A DNA stretch of 63,455 nt, filler included, from Octopus bimaculoides (taxonomy: Eukaryota), in assembly GCF_001194135.2 (NCBI RefSeq). It is 8 parts of 7 records of this genome, joined end to end, with 100 filler letters (N's around TTAATTAATTAA, not from the genome) between each part and the next. Parts side by side here need not be neighbours in the genome. Positions count along the whole stretch, not along the records: positions 18,768 to 29,378 come from NC_068984.1; positions 29,479 to 37,222 come from NC_068984.1; positions 37,323 to 46,207 come from NC_068991.1; 5 more parts are not named here. One strand, written 5' to 3'. Below are positions 25,569 to 37,361 of this stretch, in pieces. The notes beneath the pieces are model-generated. The model did not search any database and was not told the origin of the DNA. It saw nothing but the letters and a program-made list of their open reading frames with translations. Each line of letters starts with the position of its first letter. Position 1 is the first letter of the stretch. Position numbers and translations under genes: made by a program.

Positions 25569-26262
25569 ACAATAGGGAAAATATCACTGAAGTCATGAAT
25601 CTCTTTGATGGCTGCATTTAGGGAGCAGGTTAAGCTTTTCCACTTCCTTTGAAAAGAAAACGGTTTCAAACTTGGTTCTGTATAAGACAAAGTTATGAAG
25701 ATGATGAAGATAAACATGACGATAGTGGTAGATGTAGTGGTGGCNNNNNNNNNNNNNNNNNNNNNNNNNNNNNNNNNNNNNNNNNNNNNNNNNNNNNNNN
25801 NNNNNNNNNNNNNNNNNNNNNNNNNNNNNNNNNNNNNNNNNNNNNNNNNNNNNNNNNNNNNNNNNNNNNNNNNNNNNNNNNNNNNNNNNNNNNNNNNNNN
25901 NNNNNNNNNNNNNNNNNNNNNNNNNNNNNNNNNNNNNNNNNNNNNNNNNNNNNNNNNNNNNNNNNNNNNNNNNNNNNNNNNNNNNNNNNNNNNNNNNNNN
26001 NNNNNNNNNNNNNNNNNNNNNNNNNNNNNNNNNNNNNNNNNNNNNNNNNNNNNNNNNNNNNNNNNNNNNNNNNNNNNNNNNNNNNNNNNNNNNNNNNNNN
26101 NNNNNNNNNNNNNNNNNNNNNNNNNNNNNNNNNNNNNNNNNNNNNNNNNNNNNNNNNNNNNNNNNNNNNNNNNNNNNNNNNNNNNNNNNNNNNNNNNNNN
26201 NNNNNNNNNNNNNNNNNNNNNNNNNNNNNNNNNNNNNNNNNNNNNNTATATATACATATATA

Positions 26263-26377
26263 CGACGGGCTTCCTTCAGTTTCCGTCTACCAAATCCACT
26301 CACTTGGCTTTGGTCGGCCCAAGGCTATGGTAGAAGACACTTGCCCAAGTTACGTACCACACAGCCACTCCTGCGCC
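26263..26377 (-). mobile_element. SINE family B 5' half with internal deletion, running into (TA)n and a gap
   Basis: Reverse complement of ggcgcaggagtggctgtgtggt..ttgggcaagtgtcttctaccatagcc..ggatttggtagacggaaactgaaggaagcccgtcgta. Confidence 0.85.
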
Positions 26378-26870
26378 TATAACATTTTACATATGTATGT
26401 ATGTATGTATGTATTATGTTTGTATGTATGTATGTATGTATGTTTGTATGTATGTGTGTGTGTGCTTTTGTGTGTCTGTGGGTTCATTGCATAATCACAA
26501 CGTGCAGAATCCCCACTCCCTCTGCTCATTTCATCATTGTGGCCTATTTGTCTTTTCTACAATTGGTACTAATAATGCATTTCGACAAATATCCACATTT
26601 GTTCAGGGAAGAAAATCATTCCAAATACGTTATTGACATCCATTTCTGATGGTACAAATAGCCACAAAGGTGAAACGTGCGAAGTGAAGGAAGTGTATAA
26701 ACTGTTCCTCGTGCTTTACTTACTTTTCCTTCATATCTGTGTGCGTGTGTGTGCGTACGCGCGCGAAGTATAGGCAACTCATCCGACACATATATCTTTC
26801 TATCTTTCTATCTTTCTATCTATCTCTCTACCAATCTCTCTCTCTGTCTGTGTGACTCTATCTCTCTCGT

Positions 26871-26935
<65 letters not shown>

Positions 26936-27638
26936 TTAATAAATTTTTTAGAAATTTTATTTACCAGTGGTTAGACATTCGAACACGAACCATGCTCCCT
27001 ATTGACTCGTGTCTCGCATGTTGTCTGGTCATTCTGCCGATGATAGTCCGATCATTGTAAGATATATAATTTTTATCTTACTAAAATTGACTTGAAACCA
27101 TGGTACAGAATATAGATTGGTAAATGTTTTTTNNNNNNNNNNNNNNNNNNNNNNNNNNNNNNNNNNNNNNNNNNNNNNNNNNNNNNNNNNNNNNNNNNNN
27201 NNNNNNNNNNNNNNNNNNNNNNNNNNNNNNNNNNNNNNNNNNNNNNNNNNNNNNNNNNNNNNNNNNNNNNNNNNNNNNNNNNNNNNNNNNNNNNNNNNNN
27301 NNNNNNNNNNNNNNNNNNNNNNNNNNNNNNNNNNNNNNNNNNNNNNNNNNNNNNNNNNNNNNNNNNNNNNNNNNNNNNNNNNNNNNNNNNNNNNNNNNNN
27401 NNNNNNNNNNNNNNNNNNNNNNNNNNNNNNNNNNNNNNNNNNNNNNNNNNNNNNNNNNNNNNNNNNNNNNNNNNNNNNNNNNNNNNNNNNNNNNNNNNNN
27501 NNNNNNNNNNNNNNNNNNNNNNNNNNNNNNNNNNNNNNNNNNNNNNNNNNNNNNNNNNNNNNNNNNNNNNNNNNNNNNNNNNNNNNNNNNNNNNNNNNNN
27601 NNNNNNNNNNNNNNNNNNNNNNNNNNNNNNNNNNNNNN

Positions 27639-27681
<43 letters not shown>

Positions 27682-28059
27682 TATAGAAGGTACTGCTCCG
27701 TAATGGTATATATATATAAACAGAGCAAACTTTGTAGCAGGTTACATTGGTAACAACACCATTTGTTCTCTGGATGAAGTTCGCTACTCTCCGATGGCTA
27801 GCGTAACCACGCCCTTCACTGAAGTGTATCCGTTGTCCCCAGGGAAACCTCTCGAATAATGAAATCAGATAAAAGTGCCAAAGCATCACAGTAGTAGGAC
27901 GGCTGTCGATAAACCCTCCTGGAAACTTTTGAATGTCTTATCCACCATCGTACGAGGTTTCAGCTTTCTAACACTTTGTTAACATGTTACGCAGTGGAAT
28001 GGAACACCTGAACTCGTGGTTACAAAACATAATATTTAATCATTAGTTTTGTTGTGGCA

Positions 28060-28375
28060 TTATAAAATAAACAAATGGAAATACTCTGATACCAATTAAT
28101 TTTTGCAGACAAAATGAAAACAATATTTGATTCTCCGTCTGGAGTTTCATTTATAATGTTTGCGATTGTCATTGGAGACTGCCCTTTTAATCTCAGGTCT
28201 CGAAGTTTTATTCTCAGACATCGCAATGTGTCACGTTTCAGATTGTCTACTGGACAGAAAAACTATCACAAACTACAGTAAAAGCTATGATTACACGACA
28301 ATCATTAACAGCGCAGAATCATAAGAGTCCTGTTATTTACTATACTTGAGCGATAACTCGGCTTAGGACTGTAGG
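28060..28375. repeat. dispersed direct repeat, copy 2 (copy 1 at 20850-21170)
   Basis: See copy 1. Confidence 0.85.
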
Positions 28376-29232
28376 ATTAGAAAACCAAAAGCTGTATATT
28401 ATAACCTATGCTATCCTAATTATTTATAAATGTTAATAAAATGAATTACGTGTTGATATCCTCCATTTTATTGTCTCTGCCACAATCGATCTTAAAGTTC
28501 AGATCAATATGTTTGAGCCACCAAAAGCGAAGGTCTGGGTGTTGGTTATTGCCAAGACTGAAACTACACAATGCACAATTCGTGTCTTTTTCACGATAAC
28601 TAAACATTTTCTATAGAATAATCTTAAGCCATCTATGTTTGTAAATGTAATCAAAACTCTAAGCAACGCATTGGGTCACTCTACGATGATAGCAAAATCT
28701 TCATAATTCCAGTTTTAATACATTTAATAGCAATATCATTTTTATTGGCCATTTTGACCATTATTTTCAAAGAAATATTCTTCACATAGAAGGAATGCAA
28801 AACGAAGTATCCTACTATTTCACTATTTTACAAAATCACGCGCGAGCTCACGCAAACACAGACATACACTTACGCATATTCATAGTTATTATCATATATA
28901 TAGCAAATAAAGCACTGACGATATTCGTAGCACGTTTATTATCCGGTTACGATCGTTTCAATTCCCGGTGGTGTAGTTACACAATTTAACTGGGGTAATC
29001 GGCTGGATTTTACGAATACCCCTTTACTTCATACCTATCTATCCATCTATCTACCAATCTATCTATATCTGCATGTGCGTGTTTGTGTCTGTGTGTGTGT
29101 GTCAGCGTGTGTGTGCGCGCATGTGTGTATGAGTGTGTGGGGAGGTGTCTGTGACAGTACACGCTAAAAGAAACTTCGCTTTCCATACACTTTTCGCTCA
29201 TTCCCTCTCCCCCTCTCTCTCTCACTCTCTAT

Positions 29233-29268
<36 letters not shown>

Positions 29269-29284
29269 ATCACACACATATATA

Positions 29285-29378
29285 TATTTTATTTGTTTCA
29301 GTCATTTTACTGCGGCCATGCTGGAGCACCGCCTTTAGTCGAAGAAATCGACCCCAGAACTTATTCTTTGTAAGCCTA
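29285..29378 (-). mobile_element. SINE family B 3' half, cut by a gap
   Basis: tttgtttcagtcattttactgcggccatgctggagcaccgcctttagtcgaag..ttattctttgtaagccta. Confidence 0.85.
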
Positions 29379-29478
29379 NNNNNNNNNNNNNNNNNNNNNN
29401 NNNNNNNNNNNNNNNNNNNNNNTTAATTAATTAANNNNNNNNNNNNNNNNNNNNNNNNNNNNNNNNNNNNNNNNNNNN

Positions 29479-29518
29479 ATATATATATACATATACATAC
29501 ATACATATATATATATAT

Positions 29519-29569
<51 letters not shown>

Positions 29570-29931
29570 CATGCACACACATACATGCATGCATGCATAC
29601 ATACACACATGCACGCATACATACATACAAGCATGCATACGTACGTACGTACATACACACATACATACATACATATATACATACATACATACATACATAC
29701 CACCACTCCATAGAGTGTATTACCTGATAAATATAAACTCTACAACATGTATTGAGCGCTCTTTTCCTTTCTTCGTAAACACATGAACCCACACACGTAT
29801 GCGCTTGCGTAAATATCTTTGTGTGCGCGTATGCATGCGTATAATACGTCTATGTGCGTATTTGTGCGCGTGTGTGTGTATTGTATATACACACATGCAT
29901 ACATACATATATGCACATACATACTCGTATG

Positions 29932-29990
<59 letters not shown>

Positions 29991-30044
29991 GTAATTATAT
30001 ACCAGTGTGAGCTTTCGAATAAATGAAAGTAGATATGCCTCAAC

Positions 30045-30113
<69 letters not shown>

Positions 30114-30201
30114 TTTATACAAAGATAAACAGATAGATAGATAGACACACACACACACACACACATACATCCACATACATACATACATATATACATACAT
30201 T

Positions 30202-30262
<61 letters not shown>
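29479..30262. repeat. long alternating purine-pyrimidine (TA/CA/TG/TACA)n tract
   Basis: Direct reading. Confidence 0.9.
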
Positions 30263-30265
<3 letters not shown>

Positions 30266-30434
30266 AGTATATGAGTAGCGTCAATGCATGTATTTAAATG
30301 TAATTTGCATGCCATTACGCAGACGAGCGGGAAAAGTTTATTTCATTCGCTGTTTGTTATATGACAAATATAAAAATTTGAAACTTCCGTTGCATGCTTC
30401 ATTCTTGTCTTTCTTTTTATCTAATTTTTCACAG

Positions 30435-31020
30435 CCACCACACCATCCCCACCGCTACCACTACCAACACCGCCAACTCTTTCTCCACCACTACTTCCAT
30501 TATCACTACTATTACTCCCACTACTACCACCGACAGAACCACCATTACCATCATAACTACCACCACCATTATAACCACCACCACCATCATCATAACCACT
30601 ACCACCATCATAACCACCACCATCGCTACCACCACTACAACCACCAACACTACCATTCCTTCTGTCATTACTACAACCACCATCATCATCACTACTACTA
30701 CTACTACCACCACTCCCAACACCACGACTCCCACGACCACCACTACCGCCAGTCGCACCTCCACCGCCACTCGCACCTCCACCACCACTCGAACCTCCAC
30801 CACCAATCGCACCTCCACCACCAATCGCACCTCTACCACCACGACCTTCACTAGCACCTCCACCACCACCTAGCAGTGGTGGTGGAGGTGCTAGTGGAGA
30901 TAGCCACCATCACTACCACCATCACTACCACACCACTACCACCACTACTGCCACGACAACCAGCACCACCACGACCTCCAACCACAACCACAATTACCAC
31001 CACGACCTGCAACCACCCCA
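30435..31020. repeat. degenerate (ACC/ACT/ATC)n tract with 18-nt subrepeat and a 21-bp inverted repeat
   Basis: 18-mer cacctccaccaccaatcg about x5 at 30765-30840; perfect arms 30849-30869 / 30876-30896. Confidence 0.9.
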
Positions 31021-32323
31021 CCATATTTCTCTGTCGTATATTTATGTTTTATAGTCCCGAGAGTCGTATTTCCTTCAATAAAAACCACCGCTCCTTATTA
31101 AATATTTAACAACGTTTTATGATAGAAGTAGAAGAATGTCTTTGCCGCAATATATAGACGCTAGATCTAGCAGAAACAGCAACGAAATCTCATTTAAATT
31201 ACATTTTACCATCTTAAAAAAACGGAAACATGAAATAATTTAGGTCAAAATATACAGAAAAGACGTTAATGCCTGGATTATAGGCATTTGATTATAGGCC
31301 TCCTTAATCCTAAGTTTCATCAATCATAAGTCTAATTAATCGTAGATCTCAGTCATCAGTCTCCTCGGTCATATGTCTCTTCAATCACCAGTCTTCTCAG
31401 TCATAGGTCTCTTCAATCATCAGTTTCCTTAATCAGGAATAATCTGAAGTTAAACATTAGCAACAATAGCCCTGCAATTAGTCACTCAGCAGCTGAAAAT
31501 AACAACTAAATCACACTTCGACCAAGTAAATGAAGCTAACAATAAATCTATACTCTCTCTCTCTCCCTCTTTCTCTTTCCTTCTTTCTCTTCTTTCTCTC
31601 TGTTGTTCTTTATCTTTCTTTCTAACTTCTTAACTTAATGTCTTACAGAAAAAATAGAGTTGTTGTAACTAACGAAGAGTATCAAAAAAGCAAGAAAAAT
31701 AGGAATAAATTCGAATTATACAATAGAAATAACTCTATTATGTAAACGTTACCAATACCACATACATTGGTCAAGGAAAAATCCCTGAAAAGACGTATAG
31801 TATTAAAAAACACAACATACTTCAGAGCCAGGCGAATCGAAATTGCCCCAAAAGTGATCACGGGACAGCTGATCAATACCCCGAACTCAACTTATCTCCG
31901 AAATGAAATCGGAATCGTTAGTCTGAAGAATATTCATATTATTTATAAACTATTTACTGATTTGCAGATGCGTCCCATAACTAGAATAAATTCAGATTAT
32001 GCGATAGAAGAATCTCTGTTATGTAAACGTTTTCAATATCACATATTTAACATATATAGGAGAAGCGAGTTTGCGGTATTGATAAGCCGCATTAACAGTG
32101 AAATACTGTATCAGTCGCTTTCATGATTACCTTCCGCCTACCTTTGAAGTGTAAAGTGTTCTTTAATACTATACGTCTTTAAAGGGATTTTTTCTCGGGC
32201 GAAAAATCGTAGCTTTTGACGATTAAACAATACACATACGTTAAATATGTAGTGTTGGTAATGTTTAATTAGAAATAATTACATGATGAAATAAAAAAAA
32301 GAAGAGAGAGAGAGAGAGAGAGA

Positions 32324-32365
<42 letters not shown>

Positions 32366-32599
32366 ATTCACTGCTTAATATTACTTTAATCAGTTGAACA
32401 AATAAGGGAGACAACTGCAAGCTCGTACTATTTTGTTAATCCTCTTCAGCAAAGTACAGACTTCACTACATTATACAGGCTGAAGTAATGATGAAAGGCT
32501 TATAAAATAAATATACAATACTGTAGAAAGTCGGTATCATAATCAGTAAAAAAACAAAAGCAGGCACCATCTGTATATAAAACTTTATCTTTAACTTTA

Positions 32600-32661
32600 T
32601 TCACTAACATGTTTTTTATTCTCTTTCACTTTTCGAATCTTTCAATCTTTTATCTTTCTTC

Positions 32662-32715
<54 letters not shown>

Positions 32716-33032
32716 CTCTCTCTCTCTATCTCTCTCTCTCTTTCATTCTCTTCCTCTCTTTCGCTCCATCCCTTTCGCTCCCTCTCTCTCTCTCTCTTTC
32801 CCTCTCTATTTCTCTCCCTCCCCTCTCTTTCCCTTTCTATCCACTCCTCTCTTTCTCCTCCCCTTTCTCTTTTTCCTCCTTTTGTCACTATTTCATGTTT
32901 TCTCTTTATTGTCATTCATTTTCTTTCGTACTTTTTCATTTACTTCTCCCTCTACTCTTCTCTCACTCTCTCACTCTCTTTCACCCTTTCTATCCACTTC
33001 TCTCTTTCTTTTCCCCTTCCTTTCTCTCCGTT

Positions 33033-33094
<62 letters not shown>

Positions 33095-33260
33095 TTCCCT
33101 CTTATTATTTCTCTCACTATTTCATACTTTCTCTTTATTATAGTGTCATTTATTTTCTTTCGTGCTTTTTCAACTACTTCTCCTTCTACTCCCCTGTAAC
33201 TCCCTCTCTCCCTTCTCCCTCTCTTTCACCTTATTATTCACTTCTGTCTTTCTCTCTCAC
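32600..33260. repeat. CT-rich low-complexity tract with internal ~70-nt duplication (32885-32958 / 33113-33190)
   Basis: tcactatttcat..ttctctttatt..gtcatt.attttctttcgt.ctttttca..tacttctcc.tctactc occurs twice. Confidence 0.8.
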
Positions 33261-34072
33261 TCCTCTCACCCTCCCTCCCAATCTTTGACGGTTACATACC
33301 ATAATTTCTTATAATCCTTTAACAAAAACTTAGTAATTACCTCCGAAACTCAATAAAAAATAATAATAATAAATCTCTTACGCATTTATTAAATTTGCAG
33401 ATATTTCCTCATTTCTATTTTACACACTATTGTTTTTATTTTCCAGACAAGCATTCAACTGAACTCCAATCTGATTTACAAACATTTTAACTTAAACTAA
33501 AACATCTTTTATGTCATTTCCTCGCACCTTGTCAGATAAATTTTTGTTAATATTATATAATTATATAAACACTGTCTCTCTTAGACATCAATAAATCTTT
33601 TACTATTTCTTAAACATCATTCGGCTTTGTCATAGCTTTGCATAGTTAAAGCAGCTCGTCTTTATAATAGTCATTCATCACAGAATTAGTTTAAGTTAAA
33701 CAACTTATTAGAGTTGCAGCTTATAGTATTCAAAATATGAATTACCAGTCATTGTGTTTCTTTTCATCAATAAATACAATACACGTAATATATTAGCAAT
33801 TTATACTACCAATTTTCTCTTCATTCTTGTTTTTCTTCTTCCTCACTAAAGTCTGTGAATATATCTATCTCTGAAGCATAAAAACCATTATAAGCATGCT
33901 GTTAATGCTGTCCTAGTATACAACTACTTTGCAATATATATACTACAAAGCATATATTTGTGTCATCGATAAAAAGCATGTCTGAAAGAGCTGTAGTGAA
34001 CCTACTGTGGGCGAGCGTTGCATAGTATACAATGAGGTTTTTGCCCAAATTTTATTCAGTTATATGCATCTA

Positions 34073-34704
34073 CTAGCAGAGGCACCCGGCGTTGCCGGAA
34101 ATGAATTTGTTCCTTATATATTGGAAGAAAAAAAACAAAATATATTGTGTAGAAATTTTTTATTCTAAATTCAATATATTCTTCAATTGGGAAATGAATT
34201 CGGAATTCATAATAATAATAATAATAATAATAATGACGATGATGATGATGATAAACGAAAATACAAAATTTACATTTATGAAGGGAGATAAATTCTATCA
34301 CATATGTTGAAGGAAATACGTAAGAGCTTCTGGGTAAACAACATTCTTTGTTTTCTGGTTTGGAGCATAGACAAATAAGTCTTGCAAACTACCAACCCTG
34401 GATCAAACAACAGAAAGTTAACCATGAAAAAGCAAGGTTCAATTAATTGCAGGCCAGTAGATTTCAAAATCTGACCTTGAGCTTTATTAATAGACATTGA
34501 GATGTAAAGTCGCACTGGGAATTGTGTTCGTTAGAACTCAAATGGCATGTCTGTTGGTTTGATTGGAATTCTTGGAATGAAAACCTCTTCCTCCGAGTCA
34601 CATCTAGTGATGATGGTCGCTTCCATCACATTAGATGATAATGTCTTCACAATCAACCATGTCCCATTGCATAATTTAGGAGGATGTAAATTTCTTAGCA
34701 CCAT
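34073..34704 (-). mobile_element. Helitron 3' part: Pif1-like helicase C-terminus plus 3' terminus
   Basis: LRNLHPPKLCNGTWLIV..VFIPRIPIKPTDMPFEF*RTQFPVRL..SINKAQGQ, then frameshifted HG.L..SRVGS..TKNVVYPEAL. Terminal CCGGC-N3-GCCGG hairpin (34086-34098) and CTAG (34073-76) followed by T. Confidence 0.93.
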
Positions 34705-35006
34705 TTCTGACATGTGCGTTCTGTTAAGCAATCAACACTATAAACTTCGCGTATCTCTTTGTGAGCCTCAGCAGCTTTCTTGCCTTTACAGAAATAAAAA
34801 AGCAAAACATGGTGCAAATATTCGTTTTTGCACTCTATGTTAAAATTGACACTGAACTAACAGCTGTAAACAAAATTACGTGCAATTCGCTTCTAAAGTA
34901 AGCTAAAAAAAAAAAGGAAAAAATCATAACATTGACAAAAGTCATTCAAAAAATCGTAACTCTATTTATTTACGAAAAACGAAATTACTTTTTTGCCAAC
35001 CCAATA
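34701..35006 (-). mobile_element. mariner 5' end (TIR + N-terminal HTH), truncated at the Helitron junction
   Basis: TA-TTGGGTTGGCAAAAAAGTAATTTCG TIR-like end at about 35006; codons 34838-34701 read IECKNEYLHHVLLFYFCKGKKAAEAHKEIREVYSVDCLTERTCQKW, a mariner HTH (start codon now ATA). Confidence 0.9.
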
Positions 35007-35018
35007 TATTTATATATG

Positions 35019-35054
<36 letters not shown>

Positions 35055-35252
35055 GTATTTACGAGAATAATTTTGACAGTGACCTTAAAGTTTTGGCTTG
35101 GTCACTTTCTTCCGATTGATACTGGAACAAGCAGAAATTTCGTAGGACTGCCAAAATTTACGTCTTGAAAATTATCTTATACTCTACTAAAAAGTATTTA
35201 GTAATCCCTCAGCAAGCAATATATATGAACATATTGCTTGTTTTACGTGATT

Positions 35253-36115
35253 TTATATATATATATATAATATAATATAATATAATATAATATAATATAT
35301 AAATATATATGCATACAAATTTGTATATACATGCATATATGGGCTCAGGACACCACGAAACGTAAACAACATAAAATAAACGTAAAATACGAAAACAACA
35401 TGAAATACAAAATACGAAAATATGGAATACGAACTATTTTTGCGAACAACGAAAGAAACAAACGGAAAGCAAGACAAGCAACAAGAAAAAATGACCCTTC
35501 ATCATTTGTTGGCTGTTTTTCTACTTCGCATTTCGAGCATTTCACAACAAAACACGTTTTCGACATAACAGTTGCTTCCGCAAAGCAAATTCCGCAAAGC
35601 AAATTCCGCAAAGCAAATTCCGCAAAGCAAATTCAACAAAGCAACAAGAGAGCAAAGGCGGATGGGTAAAGGAGAGGGAGGGACAGACAGAGAACAGCGA
35701 AGGGGAGGGGAAAAGAAAGGATGATAGAGGAAAACGAAATGGAAAGAAGAAGAGATAAAGAGAATAGAGAAAGAAAGAGACGGGAAACGAAAGAGGGGAG
35801 GAAAAGAGACAGAAAGAAATAGGAAGTGTCGTATCAATATTATTAAGATAAAACTTGCTTGGAAATGAATGCGTGGCGTTCAATCATATAATAATATAAA
35901 TAATATATAAATATATATGCATACATACATATATATATATATATATGTACATACATATATTTGTATATACATATATATATATGGGCACAGGGCACCACGG
36001 ATCGTAAACAACATAAAATAAACATAAAGTACGAAAACAACATGAAATACAAAATACGAAAACATGGAATACGAACTTTTTTTTCGAACAACGAAAGAAG
36101 CAAACGGAAAATGAC
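35253..36115. repeat. two direct ~200-nt copies (35310-35470, 35910-36112) with a 14-bp tandem array (ccgcaaagcaaatt x4, 35578-35633) between them
   Basis: atatggg..cacca cg..cgtaaacaacataaaataaac..tacgaaaacaacatgaaatacaaaatacgaaaa..ggaatacgaact..cgaacaacgaaagaa.caaacggaaa duplicated. Confidence 0.85.
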
Positions 36116-36610
36116 GTCAACAACAAGGTTGAGGAGTCATGCCGTGGGCTGGTATCATTGGGTACAGACTTGTTGGCCCAGTCAGGGTGCCTGAAGAGGT
36201 TAAAATGACCGCAGCCACCTACTGCAATCTCCTGAAGGAGGTCTTGGATCCTAACTCGACGACATTCTGCTGTCACTTCTGAGGAATCTCGTAGTCATGC
36301 ATGGCAATGCTCCCTCCCACTCTGTCAGAACTACCCAAACATTAGCTGGGTCTTGCGGCATACAAGGTGAAAGGTTGATGGTGTGGTCGTTAGCATCTCC
36401 GAATCTCAACCATATCGAAAATCTTAGGCCTATCATTAAACAAGATGTTTATTCCGGTGGACGCCAATTTAGTCAAAAGATGTCTTATGGGCAACCATCA
36501 AAGCTGCAGCTGAGGCCTTCCAACCTGCTACTATTAAGGAATTGACAGATTCCATGAGTAACAGGGTTTTGGGAGTTATCCGTCGAAATGTCGCACATGT
36601 GGCTAAATAA
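36115..36610 (+). mobile_element. Tc1-like transposase 3' fragment with D37E spacing (TRT/DD37E-like)
   Basis: RQQQG*GVMPWAGIIG..LVGPVRVPEEVKMT..VMH(G)NAPSH..GIQGERLMVW..PNLNHIENL..YSGGRQF..; 37 codons between the second D position (now G) and E; ends TAA at 36608-10. Confidence 0.88.
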
Positions 36611-36949
36611 TTCATTGTGTCAATAAATGTCATAATATTATTATGGTTTTCTGTTAAATATACACTCAATGGATGCTTAATGTGTACCATTACCCTTCTT
36701 AATTTTCTGAACAAAAAAATGTATAGATGGGCTATATTCATTTAAAAGCTATTAGCGTGGATCACCCAAAAAGTGAAGCATCAGAAAGAAAAAAAGAAAG
36801 GATGTTACACAGAATAATGAAAACATAACAACGGTGTTACCACAGTGCGCAAACCAACTGGGAAAAGCTTTATCAAAATCGATTCACAGAAAACCGACAA
36901 ATCGTAAATTGCACTTCTAAGCTATTAGCGTGGTTCTAGGTGTGTATAT

Positions 36950-37200
36950 ATTTCGTTTTTAATCTTTTACTTGTTTCAGTCATTAGAGTGCGGTCATGCT
37001 GGAGCATCACCTTGAAGAATTTTTTTTTTTAGTCGAATCCCAGCACTTACATTTTTTTAAGCCTGTTCTCTCTCTTTTCTCGAACCCCTAAGTTACTGGG
37101 ACGTAAACACACCAACACCGGTCTTCAAGCGGTGGTGGGGGACAAACAAAGACACAAAGACACATACATATTTATACATACATATGTATAAGTATATACA
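36950..37200 (-). mobile_element. SINE family B 3' half running into (TA)n and a gap
   Basis: cttttacttgtttcagtcattagagtgcggtcatgctggagc..gaacccctaagttactgggacgtaaacac..gggggacaaaca. Confidence 0.85.
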
Positions 37201-37322
37201 TATATATATATATATATATATANNNNNNNNNNNNNNNNNNNNNNNNNNNNNNNNNNNNNNNNNNNNTTAATTAATTAANNNNNNNNNNNNNNNNNNNNNN
37301 NNNNNNNNNNNNNNNNNNNNNN

Positions 37323-37361
<39 letters not shown>

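Noticed and set aside
31767-32126. 119-aa ORF (also 39627-39833, 62491-62679)
   Set aside because: TTG/alternative starts or AT-rich composition, no recognisable domain, no consistent splice partners.
34276-34731. Host PIF1 helicase gene
   Set aside because: Intronless, with stops and a frameshift, ending in a Helitron hairpin-CTAG terminus.
35578-35633. CRISPR-like regular repeats (also 53699-54180, 55920-56085)
   Set aside because: Head-to-tail tandem repeats with no unique spacers and no cas genes; eukaryotic context.
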